Notes: a model not told the origin generated them from the letters alone. Numbered from the stretch's first letter, positions 37,401 to 50,166 are shown. The stretch: 64,000 bases of DNA from Octopus sinensis (GCF_006345805.1 NC_042998.1:187674001-187738000), one strand, 5' to 3'. Program-made: numbers and translations.

Positions 37401-39899
37401 CTTGATTACTGAAGAGTAAAATGGTGTCCAGTAAGGTGATTACACTCTCAAACAGCCTCGATAATTGGAGTAACTTCTGTAGCGTGGCTCGGTGATATTC
37501 CTCAATGTTTGAGAGATATATTAGAAATGATCTCGGCTATTTGGACCCTGTTGTGTCCGCTGCTCTGATTGGTTGGCATTGGCGTAGTTTGTCTCTTGAC
37601 TTATTTTGCGCCAATGTGTAAACCAACCAATCAGAACCTTCCAATAAGATCATGTGAGAAAGCTTGTTCACAATCCAATTTGAGCCTACCGTTAGCTTTA
37701 TAAGGTGCCAGCAAATCACTATTTCTCGTCTTTGGTTCTAGTCCTTCTCAGGACTAACCCCTGACCACAGAGCGACTCAGTCAGTTCCAGTTCCTACGAC
37801 AGACGACCAGACCAGCCAGCCATGTTCCTACTCCAGCCAACGACGATGCTAACATACACCAGCAACGCAGGATGTTCTCCATCTCCGTCGCCTTCATCTC
37901 CACCAACAGTAACACGTACACAGCAACTCGCTCAGGTTTAAACTCCACACTGTTGTGAATATTCACCAAGGTGAACAGTTCAATCAGCCTGCCAGATTCC
38001 TGTATCAAGTAACCCGGCACGACATAATAACCACAACCTCTGCCCGTGTAGTAACCGGTACTACCTTGTGACCTCAACTTCTTTCACAGGACTCCAACTG
38101 TTGTGTAACCTCACTACGAACTGAATTTATCTCCATCTTGTCTGAAATATCCCGAGAGACTCTTTTCTATACTCTGTATTCTGTCTCACATGCATACACC
38201 TTGTTTGTACTTATGTTCACTCTTATAACGCACACACGAACACAAACACTTGTTGCACGCACCGTTGTTGTACTTACAACGGACACACAAACACTTGTCG
38301 CACGCACTCAGACACTCCACTCTGCTAGCACCCCTACACACTCTTATTGTACACATCTGTAAAATAAAGTCTTTCTCCTCTCAAACAGTTGAACGGTTGT
38401 ATCATCTTTTTTATTCATTTTGGCACTTATTCTTTTATACCATGTATTTTGGCTTATTCTTTGTAGGCGACCGGACGGCATTTAAAAGGAAACATTTCTG
38501 TCACCAATTCCTTACGTACGGTCGTTTTTGCTACACTTCTTTCACTTTTGAAGGACCACTGCCATTTGGAGATCTTGACAAAGCAATTGTTAAACTGCAG
38601 TATCAGATGCCGTGTATTCAACAATAAAGAGTTGAATTCTAGTTACATTTTCTAAGTATCAAAGGCATCGAGTGCATTCTGACTTTGAGGATATGACTGT
38701 ATTCCTGCTAAAGATCTGATTTTCTGCATACATACTACTTAAAGCAGCCTTTGCCAAATCAGTAGCCATTCAAGTCCATCGCCAACAAGCAACATCAAAG
38801 ACGAAACGAAAGAAAACTTCTACTCTCAGTTAAATTCCTCACTAAACAAAAATATTGAAATGTAAAATTATAATTGTCTTTTAAGTTAAAGTAGGAAAGA
38901 GACGGATGGGTACTATCAGTCCAATATTGAAAGGAAAGTTATTCCGTGCAAAGTATGTCCGCCCGCGAAATTTTTTTCCCACGAGAGTTCCGGATCCCAG
39001 TAATGAATTCAGAGCTCACCTTGACCTTGTTGTCAAGTTAACAAATGCACTCTACCAAGTAAACTCAAGGCGAAGAATGGTGTTGTAAATCGACCGATCG
39101 CCAAGTTATACCTGATTTTAGGAGACAAGCAATTAGATAGATTTGCATCTATACCTATACTGGATATTTATAACATTCTATAGGCTCCAGAAGAAATCCC
39201 AAAGGACTGTGTCACATGATCTTGTTGGAATGTTCTGATTGGTTGGTTCACACATTGGCGCGAAATAAGTCAAGAGACAAACTGCGCCAATGCCAACCAA
39301 TCAGAGTAATGAACACAACAGGGTCCAAATAGCCGAAAGATGGTTGCTATCTAACATGAGATCATTTCTAATATATCTCTCAAACAGTGAGGATATCACC
39401 GAGCTACACTACACTATTATCGGATTTTGTTAGGGCCCCATATGGTAAAAATGTGGGTAGAGGGTGATGTGCTAGCAACCCCCTCCCCTCACTGTTTTAG
39501 AAAGTAAAGAACAACACAAATAACTACGCAGTGGCAGCCATGGTTGAAACAAGAACAAGATCATTCCTTACTCAAGTGACCTTATCTTATCGCCCATCAC
39601 TTGTTATGCGCTCATGAATTAGTTTGATAGTTGAACTCTGATTGGCTATATGCAAATGAGTTCGTAACTGGGGTCCGGAACTCTCGTGGAAAAAAAAATT
39701 TCGCTGTCTGCCCATGATAGCTGAGATTGGTTTCACCTATATAAAAAAATCTGTTTGACATTTGCATGTGTTCAGAGGGACAAAATTTTTTTTTATTAAT
39801 TGGTAAACTCGATGAAAGAGATATCAGAGAATCGTATCACCCACACCAATTATCATGTTAAAATCAACCTGACCCTCTGTACTGTATATGACTGATCGT

Positions 39900-40190
39900 T
39901 CAGAGAAATCACCAAGGAGGAAGTTCAGAGGGCTTTGAAATAATTGAAAAGCTACAAATCAATAAGAAGGGGTGGAATCATGGAGGAACTTGTTAAATAT
40001 GGAGAGGAAGTCATGGAGTTATCGCTACTTATTTAACACGATCTAGTGTGTTGAGAAAATACCAAATGACTAGAAAACAGTCCAGCGGAATATCTTTGTT
40101 TGTTGTGACCAGTAAGCTACTTTCAAAGATTGTGTTAAATAGGATGAAGGAAGCAGTTACCAATTTTAAGAGAGCAAAGGGATGAAGAAA
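39900..40190 (+). mobile_element. Highly decayed non-LTR RT N-terminal fragment
   Basis: EEVQRALK*LK...GIMEELVKYG...EKIPND* pattern with stop codons. Confidence 0.5.
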
Positions 40191-41554
40191 GCAGTTATCA
40201 ATTTTAAGAGAGCAACAAGAAAAAGATATTTTGTTAATATACTTTTACTTCGTTTCACATATACATGCAAAAACTCTAACGTGTTTTTTTTTTAGATGAA
40301 TTTATCGTTTATCTCTCCACACACTACGTTACCAGCAAATTCTATAACCTCTGCATGTTCACTTATTCATTTCAAACTTGTTTGGATTTTCTATCTAATA
40401 TAATCCACACTCTCTCGAAAACGTATTTCTGCAAAATGTTATCTAACATTATGGGTAAAGAAAGAAATAGCAAAAAATATTTGAAAATGGGGATCTTTTC
40501 CTTTTGAATGGCACTTTGTAACATAATTTCTAGTTAACTAAACACTTTTAAACTTCGTATACTGGTAGAATGTGTTTATAAAACATCATTATATTAGAAA
40601 AGTGCCGTTCAAAAGGAAAAGATCCGAAAATAGGGGTGGGGGTGAAATTCTTGAGGGTTCCACCCCCACCCCGTTTTCCGGACAGAAAAGAGGGTTTTGT
40701 AGCAATGATTCCGGGATATGGGGTGGGGTGGGGTCCGGTTTCCCACCCCACTTTTTCCCCCAACAAAAATAAGAAGTTTGCAGCATATTAGGGGGTCAGG
40801 GTACTTAATTCCACGCAAAGAATCCGAGTTTTTTTTCTTAATTCTTAGTGAAAATCGTGCGGGTGAAAGAATCAAATAATACCGAAACGTCTGCTTGACT
40901 CGCATGAAACAATAACAACAAATAAACAGAATTAAGGAGAGTTGTGGTAACTAAATTCGGGTTGCATTTTTCTAGTTGCAGGTAAACGTACTAGTTCACA
41001 GTATGGGTTTACATTTTTTTTAAATTGCCGATATATGGTTTGTAACGATCTTACAAGTACGGAACATACAAGTGCGACAATTAAAACGAAGCCGATAATA
41101 AAAGGCAATGTACAAAAATAACTTGGCAATCCCGAATGACCGAAACGAATTAAATTTAGGTTATAAATTATTATAAATTATTTTCTTCATTTCTCGACAT
41201 CATCATTTAGTTGTTAAGGTAACATTATTGCAAATAAGATATTTCTTGTTACAAAGAAAAAAGGTGATACATGTCAAAGTGATCGAAAATAAATGTATCT
41301 CTTGAGAAAAGTTTCTATATTTTTTTTTATTCGTTTCGGACATTCAGGATAGCCAAGTTAAATTTGTACATTCCCCATAATTATTGATTCCGTTTTTGAT
41401 GTTTCAGAATCGATATATTGTTCACTTTGCATTTATACCCAAAACATTTCGTTGGGAATTTGAAAACAGGTAAAAAGAAAAAACAAAACAAAAAAAGACT
41501 TATGAATGGAATAAAAGCATCAAAAGGAAAGAAAAAAAATATATGTTTATCATG

Positions 41555-41650
41555 TAGCCGGAAGTGACCCTTCGCACACGAGCGGATGTGACCCTTTAAC
41601 TCTGTGTTGCTGTGGAAGTTATCCTTTACTCTCACCTGCCGCCAACGTGA
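41555..41650 (+). promoter_or_regulatory. Probable NELFCD promoter
   Basis: CCGGAAGTGACCC (ETS consensus) and a near-duplicate CGGATGTGACCC in a CpG-rich patch about 200 bp upstream of the ATG. Confidence 0.55.
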
Positions 41651-41764
41651 ATTGTTTGAAGTGTTAAAAATTGTTTATATATATAATCAAGCCCTTGCAG
41701 TGGTGGTTTTCTTGTTTCTAACATATTCCGGGTTTTCTGTGGAATAACCAGCTATCTCTGAAGA

Positions 41765-41806
41765 ATGGCCGAAGAAGCATACGAAATTGAGTGGGACGAT
41801 GAGACG
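41765..41806 (+). CDS. NELFCD: NELFCD exon 1 (coding)
   Basis: MAEEAYEIEWDDET then GTTCGT donor; phase 0 fits exon 2; acidic EWxDE N-terminus as in TH1L; lies downstream of an ETS-type promoter. Confidence 0.72.
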
Positions 41807-42834
41807 GTTCGTAAATCGAAATTATTCAATTATTCTTAAGAAATTGTAACAAGATCAAATTCCCTGTTCGTGTTGTAGAATTGCTTATTTTCTGTATTGT
41901 ATTCTTCATCATTAATTTTCATGGCGATTGACAGAAGTATGGACATCAAACTTATTTTCATTTCTGAAACCCTATCGCTAATAAATTCAATAAAATCGTG
42001 TTTCGTAGAAAGGCCAATTATTAATTTTAAAGTGCGTGTTTCCAAATAATAGATCTAATTGTTTACTTAGTACGACACAATGTAAATGAGTGATCGAATT
42101 CTGTAATTTGTTAACTGTTTATTATAAACAATCAGTAATTGATTCGGTATTTAGACTCCAAATTCGCAGGGTATTAATTAAGGTCTGTGTTATCAGTATA
42201 TTTTCTACTTTTAAGTTGAGACCTCATTCTCAAACTTTTGTTTATTACCTTTCTTTAACTTCGAAAATTCAAAATACGAATATTTTTTTTCCAGCATCTT
42301 TCTGTAAAGCAGTCGTATCCATACAATAGCACCCAGTTTTACTTGCTGCAAATGCCATCAGAAAGCTGGAAATTTTAGTGTAAAAGTTATCACATTCAGT
42401 GTATGCTATAAATTATTCTTAAAGTTAGCCAGGTGTGTTTACATGTCAGAGAGCGGCGAAGCAGTTTAATGTCAAAAAAAGCAACAGTGCTTTTTCGTTT
42501 TCATTAATGACGTCTCCTTCCCGCTTAAGACAACGAGCTGAGCAAAAATTGGTTAGCGGCATTTCTTCCGGCTCTTTACGTTCTGAGTTCATTTGCCATT
42601 GAATTCGACAAGGACGATCTTTCGATTTGACAACAGTTTATATCACTTCTTAAACCACGTGCATTTGTTTATGTTTCTGAACGAGATCTTCGCTTTCTGT
42701 AAAATGTTTCTTTTTTTTTTTTTTACATGTGGTGGGGGGATCTTTTGAAAGCGGCGTGAAAGCGAACGAGATGATGGAGTGTGCGAGACAGAAAGTGTGG
42801 TGTATATGTGAAGTTGTTTTATATATATATAAAG

Positions 42835-42961
42835 GGCGGCGAGCTGGCAGAAACGTTAGCACGGGGGTCGATAAATTAAGTACCAGTTACGCACTGGGGT
42901 CGATGTAATCGACTTAATCCGTTTGTCTGTCCTTGTTTAGCCCCTTGTGGGTAATAAAGAA

Positions 42962-42963
<2 letters not shown>
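42835..42963 (+). mobile_element. Internally deleted Nin-like SINE
   Basis: Head joined directly to the GGGGTCGATAAATTAAG segment. Confidence 0.75.
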
Positions 42964-42996
<33 letters not shown>

Positions 42997-43215
42997 TACA
43001 AGATCTACATATGCATATACGTATATATATACATACATACATAGATGTATATATACGGGTTAATATAGTGTCTCTGGCATGTAAACACACCTGGCTAACT
43101 TTAAGAATAATTTATAAGCATACACTATATTAACCTATATATGTATACAAACATAGATTTATATATGTATATATATATATGTACATATATATATATATAT
43201 AGATGTACATATATG

Positions 43216-44555
43216 CATCATCATAATCGTTTAACTTCCGTTTTCCATGCTAGCATGGGTTGGACGGTTCGACTGGGGTCTGGGAAGCCAGGAGGCTGCA
43301 CCAGGCCCAGTCTGATCTGGCAGTGTTTCTACAGCTGGATGCCCTTCCTAATGCCAACCGCTCCGTGAGTGTAGTGGGTGCTATTTACGTTTCACCTGCA
43401 CGGGTATCACAACTTCAATTTCCATTTGATTTTTATTTTGATGTTGATGTACTTGACTCAACAGTCTCCTCAAGCACAGCAGGTCGTCCTACGATCCAGG
43501 GTAAGCACAGCAGGCCATCCTGTGATCCAAAGTACTTTGGATGGACTAGGGCTGCTATGTGAAGCTGGTGCAGGAAACAGCCATGAACTCACGTTATTTG
43601 TCGCATCTTCGCAGTCACAGCATATCTCCAGAGATCTTGGTCTTTCGTCATTGCCTCTGTGAGGCCCAACATTCGAAGGTCATGCTTGACCACCTCATCC
43701 CATGTCTTCCTGGGTCTACCTCTATCCCAGATTCCTTCAGTTGTTTGGGAGTGGCACTTCTTCACACATCTCTCCTCATCCATACCAACGCAAACATCTC
43801 TCTTGCACGCTACATCCGATGCTTCTTATGTCCAGCATTTCTCTCAGGGTGTTACACTCTGTTGTGTGTGCACACTGTCATTATGCATCCAGCGGATCAT
43901 ACTAGCTTCATTTCTTTCAAGCCTACGCATGTCCTCTGCAGTCACAGCCCATGTTTCACTACTGTGAAGCATGGCAGTTCACACACATGTGTCGTACAAT
44001 CTACCTTTCACTCTGAGCGAGAGACCATTTGTCACCTGTAGGGATAGAAGCTTTCTAAACTTTGCCCAGGCTATTCGTATTCTAGTGGTGACACTCTCTG
44101 AGCATCCACCTCCACTACTAACTTGATCACCTTGATAGCGGAAACTATCAACTACTTCTAGTTTCTTCCTCTGGAGTGTGATGGAATCTGTTTTCTGAGT
44201 ATCTGTGGTATCTATTGCCCCTGTGCATCTGCTGCACACGAAAGCTATCTTCTCGGTTAATTTTCCTTTGATGTTGCTGCACCTCTTATGCATCCATAGC
44301 TTACACTGGGTACATCTTATGGAGTTTCTACCTACACCTTTTCTACAGATTGAGCAAGGCCACCTACCTTAGTGGGTGTGTGATGAGTTCGCCTTCCTAC
44401 TTACTATAACTTTGGTCTTTGCTACATTGACTCTAAGGCCTTTTGATTCTAAACCTAGCTTCCACACCTGAAATTTCTTTTCTAGTTCTGGTAGTGATTA
44501 TGCTATGAGGCCCAGGTCATCAGCATAGAGGAGCTGCCAAGGGCAACCCATCTTG
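43216..44555 (-). mobile_element. 5'-truncated RTE LINE: RT C-terminus joined to 3' UTR and (GAT)n tail
   Basis: YADDL at about 44520; LEVVDSFRY and GRPRKTW motifs; continuous with the common repeat ending in catcat at 43216. Confidence 0.88.
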
Positions 44556-44643
44556 AATTCCTCTGTTATTATTATAATTATTATATATATAGATATACAT
44601 ATATATATATATATATATACATAGATGTGCATATATATATGTG

Positions 44644-44696
<53 letters not shown>

Positions 44697-44742
44697 TAGA
44701 TGTATATATGTATATATACATAGTTGTACATATACATACATT

Positions 44743-44781
<39 letters not shown>

Positions 44782-45529
44782 ATGTATATCATCATCATCA
44801 TCATCATATATATATATGAATTTGACATGGGCGATTCTTTCTTGTCTTGGTATTCGTGGTCAAACAGCTGGGTGGATTTGCCCAAAAAGTTACGCAGATG
44901 TGTAGAATGATCCAGGGATGGTGCAGGGCTTAGTATTTTTTTCATAGCTCCCATGGTTACCGAGATAATCTACTATAATAATACTCTTGTGTCTATGAAT
45001 GAGAAAGGAAGGGGTGATGTCATACTTGGTTGTATTTGTTTGTTTTATTTTTGTTTATGTTTGTTTCTGTTTGTTTTGCATCTTTGTTCGCTTAGTATTT
45101 GGGTTTATTTTTTTGATTTGGTTGCATCTTGGTTGTTTTGCTTTTTTTTTGTTGGCCAATTATTTTTAGCATTTTGACAGAAAAATGTCATTCTAAAATT
45201 GTATTTTAACACAAGCGTGCCCAAACAAATTGAATGCTTGCACAGAGCAGGTTTTACATGCACATCATCCAAACCAACCGGATGAAACCAGTCTTATCTG
45301 CTGGTTCCTCCTCCCTCCCATCAGATTCCCTGATGAGGATATCCCTAAATCTCTGACCATGTAGTGTTTACATCTCTATAACTTAGCTGTTCAGCAAAAG
45401 AGACCAATAGAATAAATACCAGGCTTAAGAGAAAAATAACTACTGGGGTTGATTTGTTTGACTAAAATTCTTTTTAAGTGGTGCCTCAGTATGATTTCAG
45501 TCTAATGACTGAAACAAGTAAAAGATATA

Positions 45530-46389
45530 TCATCATCATCATCATTTAGCGTCCGCTTTCCATGCTAGCATGGGTTGGATGGTTTGACTGTGGGCTGGCG
45601 AACCAGATGGCTGCACCAGGCTCCAGTCTTGATCTGGCAGTGTTTCTACGGCTGGATGCCCTTCCTAATGCCAACCACTCCGTGAGTGTAGTGGGTGCTT
45701 TTTATGTGCCACCCGCACAGGTGCCAGATGGAGCTGGCAAACAGCCACGGACAGATGGTGCTTTTTACGTGCCACTGGCACGGGGGCCAGGCGAGGCTGG
45801 GAACGGCCACGAATGGATGGAGCTTTTTACGTGCCACTGGCATGAGGCCAGTCTGGGCGGTGCTGGCAACGGCCAAGAACGGATGGTGCTTTTTCGGGGC
45901 GGCGCTGGCAACGGCCACATTTGGATGGTTCTCTTACGTGCCACCGGCACTGGTAACTCGAGCATGATCATTATCAGCATCGCCTTACTGGCACTTGTGC
46001 CTGTGCTAGTATGGTGCCAAGAGCACCATCCGAGCGTGATCGTTGCCAGAGCAGCCAACTGGCTTCCGTGCCAGTGGCACGTAAAAGGGCACCATTCGAG
46101 CATGATCGTTACCAACGTTGCCTTACTGGCACCTGTGCTAATGGCATGTGTAAAAGGATTCGAGCGAGGTCGTTGCCAGTACCACCTGACTGGCCCCCGT
46201 GCCAGTGGCACGTAAAAGCACCCACTACACTCTTGGAGTGGTTGACATTAGGAAGGGCATCCAGCTGTAGAAACTCTGCCAAATCAAGATTGGAACCTGG
46301 TGCAGACATCTGGTTCGCCAGCCCTCAGTCAAAATCGTCCAACCCATGCTTGCATGGAAAGCGGATGTTAAACAATGATGATGATGATG
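45530..46389. mobile_element. Two RTE 3' UTR copies head-to-head (minus 45530-45958, plus about 45990-46389)
   Basis: (CAT)n tail at the left end and (GAT)n tail at the right end. Confidence 0.82.
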
Positions 46390-46488
46390 ATATATATTTA
46401 TATATATATATGTGTGTGTGTGTTTAAATTAAAAAAAAGAAAAAGCAAATTGTGTTATTTAAAGAAACCATTAATGGTAATATTTCAG

Positions 46489-46604
46489 GGTTCACCAATG
46501 CAAGAAAATGATGATGAAGATGAGCGAGTCCAGGAAGAATGCTTGAACGTCCTTTCAACAGATGATAGCATTATGGAACCTGGAGTGTTTCAAGTATTGA
46601 AAAG
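46489..46604 (+). CDS. NELFCD: NELFCD exon 2
   Basis: GSPMQENDDEDERVQEECLNVLSTDDSIMEPGVFQVLKR, matching VQQECLHKFSTRDYIMEPSIFNTLKR; phase 0 to 2. Confidence 0.92.
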
Positions 46605-47001
46605 GTAAAACAGTTGAATCCAAGAAAATTAGTGACAGATTGTATTGGCAAATGGTTAGGAGAAAAGAAGTTCACAAATTTGTTGAATAAATTAGTTTAT
46701 TGTATGGAAGAGAGGTGTAACCTTTTGGGCAGTATACCTCTGTGAAGAGTCTTAAACTAATTTATTCCATTTTGTGAGCTTTTTATATTAGCCTTTTAGC
46801 ATTTGGATTATTCCGTCAAATGTACTGCTTAATTATTTACAGTGTTTTGAATTAATCAGTCATTATGTTGTCGCTTTGAAACTTCTTTGATGTGATAGTT
46901 TATTTTTAGAATAATGTAGGGAAGGTGTGAGAGGCCAAATTTGACTGGTTTGAACATAAAAAGGTAGAATATTTGATTTATTGATATAATAAACATATAA
47001 A

Positions 47002-47212
47002 GTGGCGAGCTGGCAGAATCGTTAACGCACCAGGAAAAGTGCTCAGCATCATTTCGTCTGTGCTTATGTTCTGAGTTCAAATTCTGAAGGTTGACTCTGC
47101 CTTTCAGCCTTTCGGGGGTCGATAAAATAAGTACCAGTTGAGCACTGGGGTCAGTGTAATTGACTTACCCCGTCCCCGAATTTGCTGGCCTTGTACCAAA
47201 ATTTGAAACCAA
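47002..47212 (+). mobile_element. tRNA-derived SINE (Nin-like, alternative 3' tail subfamily)
   Basis: Same head and core; tail GCTGGCCTTGTACCAAAATTTGAAACC. Older relatives at about 4195-4400(-), 5390-5600(+), 19228-19435(-) and 58705-58925(-). Confidence 0.8.
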
Positions 47213-47573
47213 TATAATAAACAAGTGTATTATATTAATATTTTAAATTTACATTGCCAGTAAATTAATTTTACAAAGTCTTTATAGGATGAATCTTGTA
47301 TCGTTAATTACATTTGTCGTATTCTGTTGATGATGAAACTATTTCATTCCCTATTCCTAGTTAGCTTAATAATTTGTGTAATTTTTACACAGGTTTCATC
47401 TTTCCTCCCTTGTGTAGGTTGAATAATTCTGAACAATTACTAGTTTGCATGCAATACTATTCAATATTTTACATGTTTTTCGGTATATATATATATATAT
47501 ACATGAATTGATATAAGCAGCTAGGCTAGGTACAATATAATGTAGAGGCTTACACACCTTTAGTCACGATTAT

Positions 47574-47945
47574 ATAGGAGTGGCTGTGTGGTAAGTAGCT
47601 TGCTTACGAAATTCATGGTTCTGGGTTCAGTCCCATTGCATGGCATCTTGGGCAAGTGTCTTCTGCTATAGCCTCGGGCCAACCAAAGCCTTGTGAGTGG
47701 ATTTGGTAGACGGAAACTGAAAAGAAGCCTGTCGTATATATGTACATATATATGTATGTTTGTGTCTGATCGCTTGACAACCGATGCTGGTGTGTTTATG
47801 TCCCCGTAACTTAGCACTTCGGCAAAAGAGACCAATAGAATAAGTACTAGGCTTACAAGGAATAAGTCCTGGGGTCGATTTGCTCGACTAAAAGCAGTGC
47901 TCCTGCATGGCCACAGTCAAATGACTGAAACAAGTAAAAGAAAAG
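47574..47945 (+). mobile_element. Second tRNA-derived SINE family
   Basis: Matches 23139-23548. Partial copies also at about 17150-17302(-), 19488-19575(-) and 45385-45523(+). Confidence 0.85.
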
Positions 47946-48293
47946 AAAAGAAAAAATATATATAATTGTAGTGGCAATGTACTAGCCAGGTTATGAGATC
48001 AAATTCTATCTTGCATACTATTGTACTTTTTAGTAAAGCCCATTACTCAATCTATCTAGTTGAAAACATTCCATTCCTATATTAGAACTAAAGAGATAAC
48101 AATAGAGAAGGGATAAAGATTATTCAAGGAAATTTAATTTGTAGAACCATTCAACCAATACTATTATTAGAAAACAAATACAAAAGTATAGAACTATCAG
48201 TTATTTTGCACTTTTATGTTCCTTTTATTACATATATTTTTTCAATTAACAGCTATTAATTTTCATTACATTAAATAATTTTTTTATATATAG

Positions 48294-48403
48294 ATTTTTG
48301 CAAGCAGGAGGGTCTCCAGAACGTGTAGTAGAATTGCTTTCTAATAACTATATAGCTGTGGCACAATGTGTTAACTTATTGGCTGAGTGGCTTATTCTAG
48401 TTG
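48294..48403 (+). CDS. NELFCD: NELFCD exon 3
   Basis: [36 protein letters not shown]; phase 2 to 1; GTGAGT donor. Confidence 0.95.
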
Positions 48404-48667
48404 GTGAGTAATTGGAATATTCATTATCATTTTTATTTTATATATTTTGTGAAACATACTACTGTAATTAGCATGAATTGCAGATTATCTACTGATCAAA
48501 TAGATTCCTGGCAGTAGTAGTAGATAATTTTTGCTTCAGAGGTAGTAAGCTTTAATGCTAGAAGTGAGTATTAACTTTGTTGCATTTAAGAGATACAGAA
48601 GAAATATAAAGAAATGCAACCTCTTGGAAACAGATTATCTTTTTGTGCAGAAGGTTTAACTATAGGA

Positions 48668-48725
<58 letters not shown>

Positions 48726-48776
48726 CATTGTCGTTTAACGTCCAATTTCCATGCTAGCATAGGTTGGACTATATAT

Positions 48777-48809
<33 letters not shown>

Positions 48810-48850
48810 CATTGTCGTTTAACGTCCAATTTCCATGCTAGCATAGGTTG

Positions 48851-48906
<56 letters not shown>

Positions 48907-48982
48907 CTAATATAGAATAAAATTTTTCAAAAAAAATTTTCTTAATGGCCAGCATATTAAAAAATACCTTTAAAAGTAAAAT

Positions 48983-49104
48983 TTATAAACAAGGGCAAAA
49001 GAAAAAAATTTCTAATGCCAAATATGCTGAAACTAGACACAACGTTGTGTCTAGTTTCGGCATATTTGGCATTAGAAATTTTTTTATTTTGCCCTTGTTT
49101 ATAA
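48983..49104. repeat. Near-perfect 122-bp palindrome
   Basis: Centre ACAAC|GTTGT with no loop; 61-bp arms. Confidence 0.9.
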
Positions 49105-49592
49105 GTTGTATATATATATAAGAAGCTTACTATTCTATGGTAGATAAGCTAACAAAGAATTTGCTTTAGCTGGAAAAGAGTGTTGAATGCACAATACTAA
49201 TCTATAACATTCCACATGAGTTAGAGACCAATTGAGGATCAAAGACACTATCAGTTGTTTAGGGGAGAGAGCTATGTTCATATAAATATGTGATATAAAT
49301 GAATGTTTTTTGGAATCGATGATAGAAGGTAGCAGGGGCTGATAGAAAAATTTTGAGAAATGGCAAGAGTATATGATCATATTTATATTTCATTATTTCA
49401 TCTCTAAAAAAAACATTTTAATAAAGAGCTTAAGTTAGCTGCTCCTTTGAGAAATATTTCAACAATTAGCACATGGGAAGCTAATCAGTTTATTTGGTAA
49501 AATTTCTGTTGTTTTAAGTAAATATATAGTTAAAATGATATACATGCAAGATTGTATAATGTATGTAATTTATATTTTATGTTGCTTCATAG

Positions 49593-49702
49593 GTGCTGAC
49601 TACAAAGAAGTTCAAGAGAGAGTTGAAACATATCTGAAAGAAATGATTTTAAAATGTTTTGACCCAAAGAAAGCCGATTCTATTTTCTCAGTCGAAGGAG
49701 AG
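49593..49702 (+). CDS. NELFCD: NELFCD exon 4
   Basis: [37 protein letters not shown]; phase 1 to 0. Confidence 0.95.
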
Positions 49703-50014
49703 GTACATGTACTCTTCTGACATCTATTAAGCTATTTGTATTATACATTGGTTTAATTAGTTTAATTGTTTCTTGAGTCACAATACTTCATAGGTCACTT
49801 AACTCTGGTTCCTATAACATTAAGCAAACATGACAAATCTTGCCATGAATAGAACAGTGATATCATAAAATGTCAAATTTGGCAAACAACTTTCTCATTC
49901 TTAACACACACGTTCTAATGATAAATGTTATATTTGGAACATTTTCAAAAAGTAATAATTTGACTGCAGTGGTCTTAAATTCAAGAACATATATTAATTT
50001 CTTTTCTTCTGCAG

Positions 50015-50122
50015 GTCCCTTCATGGTTGGCAGAAATGGTTGAATTTTCTACTTGGCGTACATTATTTTACAAATTGGCTGAAGAATATCCTGACTGTCT
50101 TATGCTTAACTTTACCATCAAA
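50015..50122 (+). CDS. NELFCD: NELFCD exon 5
   Basis: [36 protein letters not shown]; phase 0 to 0. Confidence 0.95.
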
Positions 50123-50166
50123 GTAAGAAAATCGATAATGAGATTTTTATTTAAATATAATGGTTG

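Noticed and set aside
37780-38386. Gypsy-like integrase tail (TRSG) plus LTR-like segment ending AATAAA...ACA
   Set aside because: No polypurine tract, TSD or second LTR is visible; too weak to call.
45322-45360. CTGATGA-GGATATCC
   Set aside because: No GAAA and no stem III downstream.
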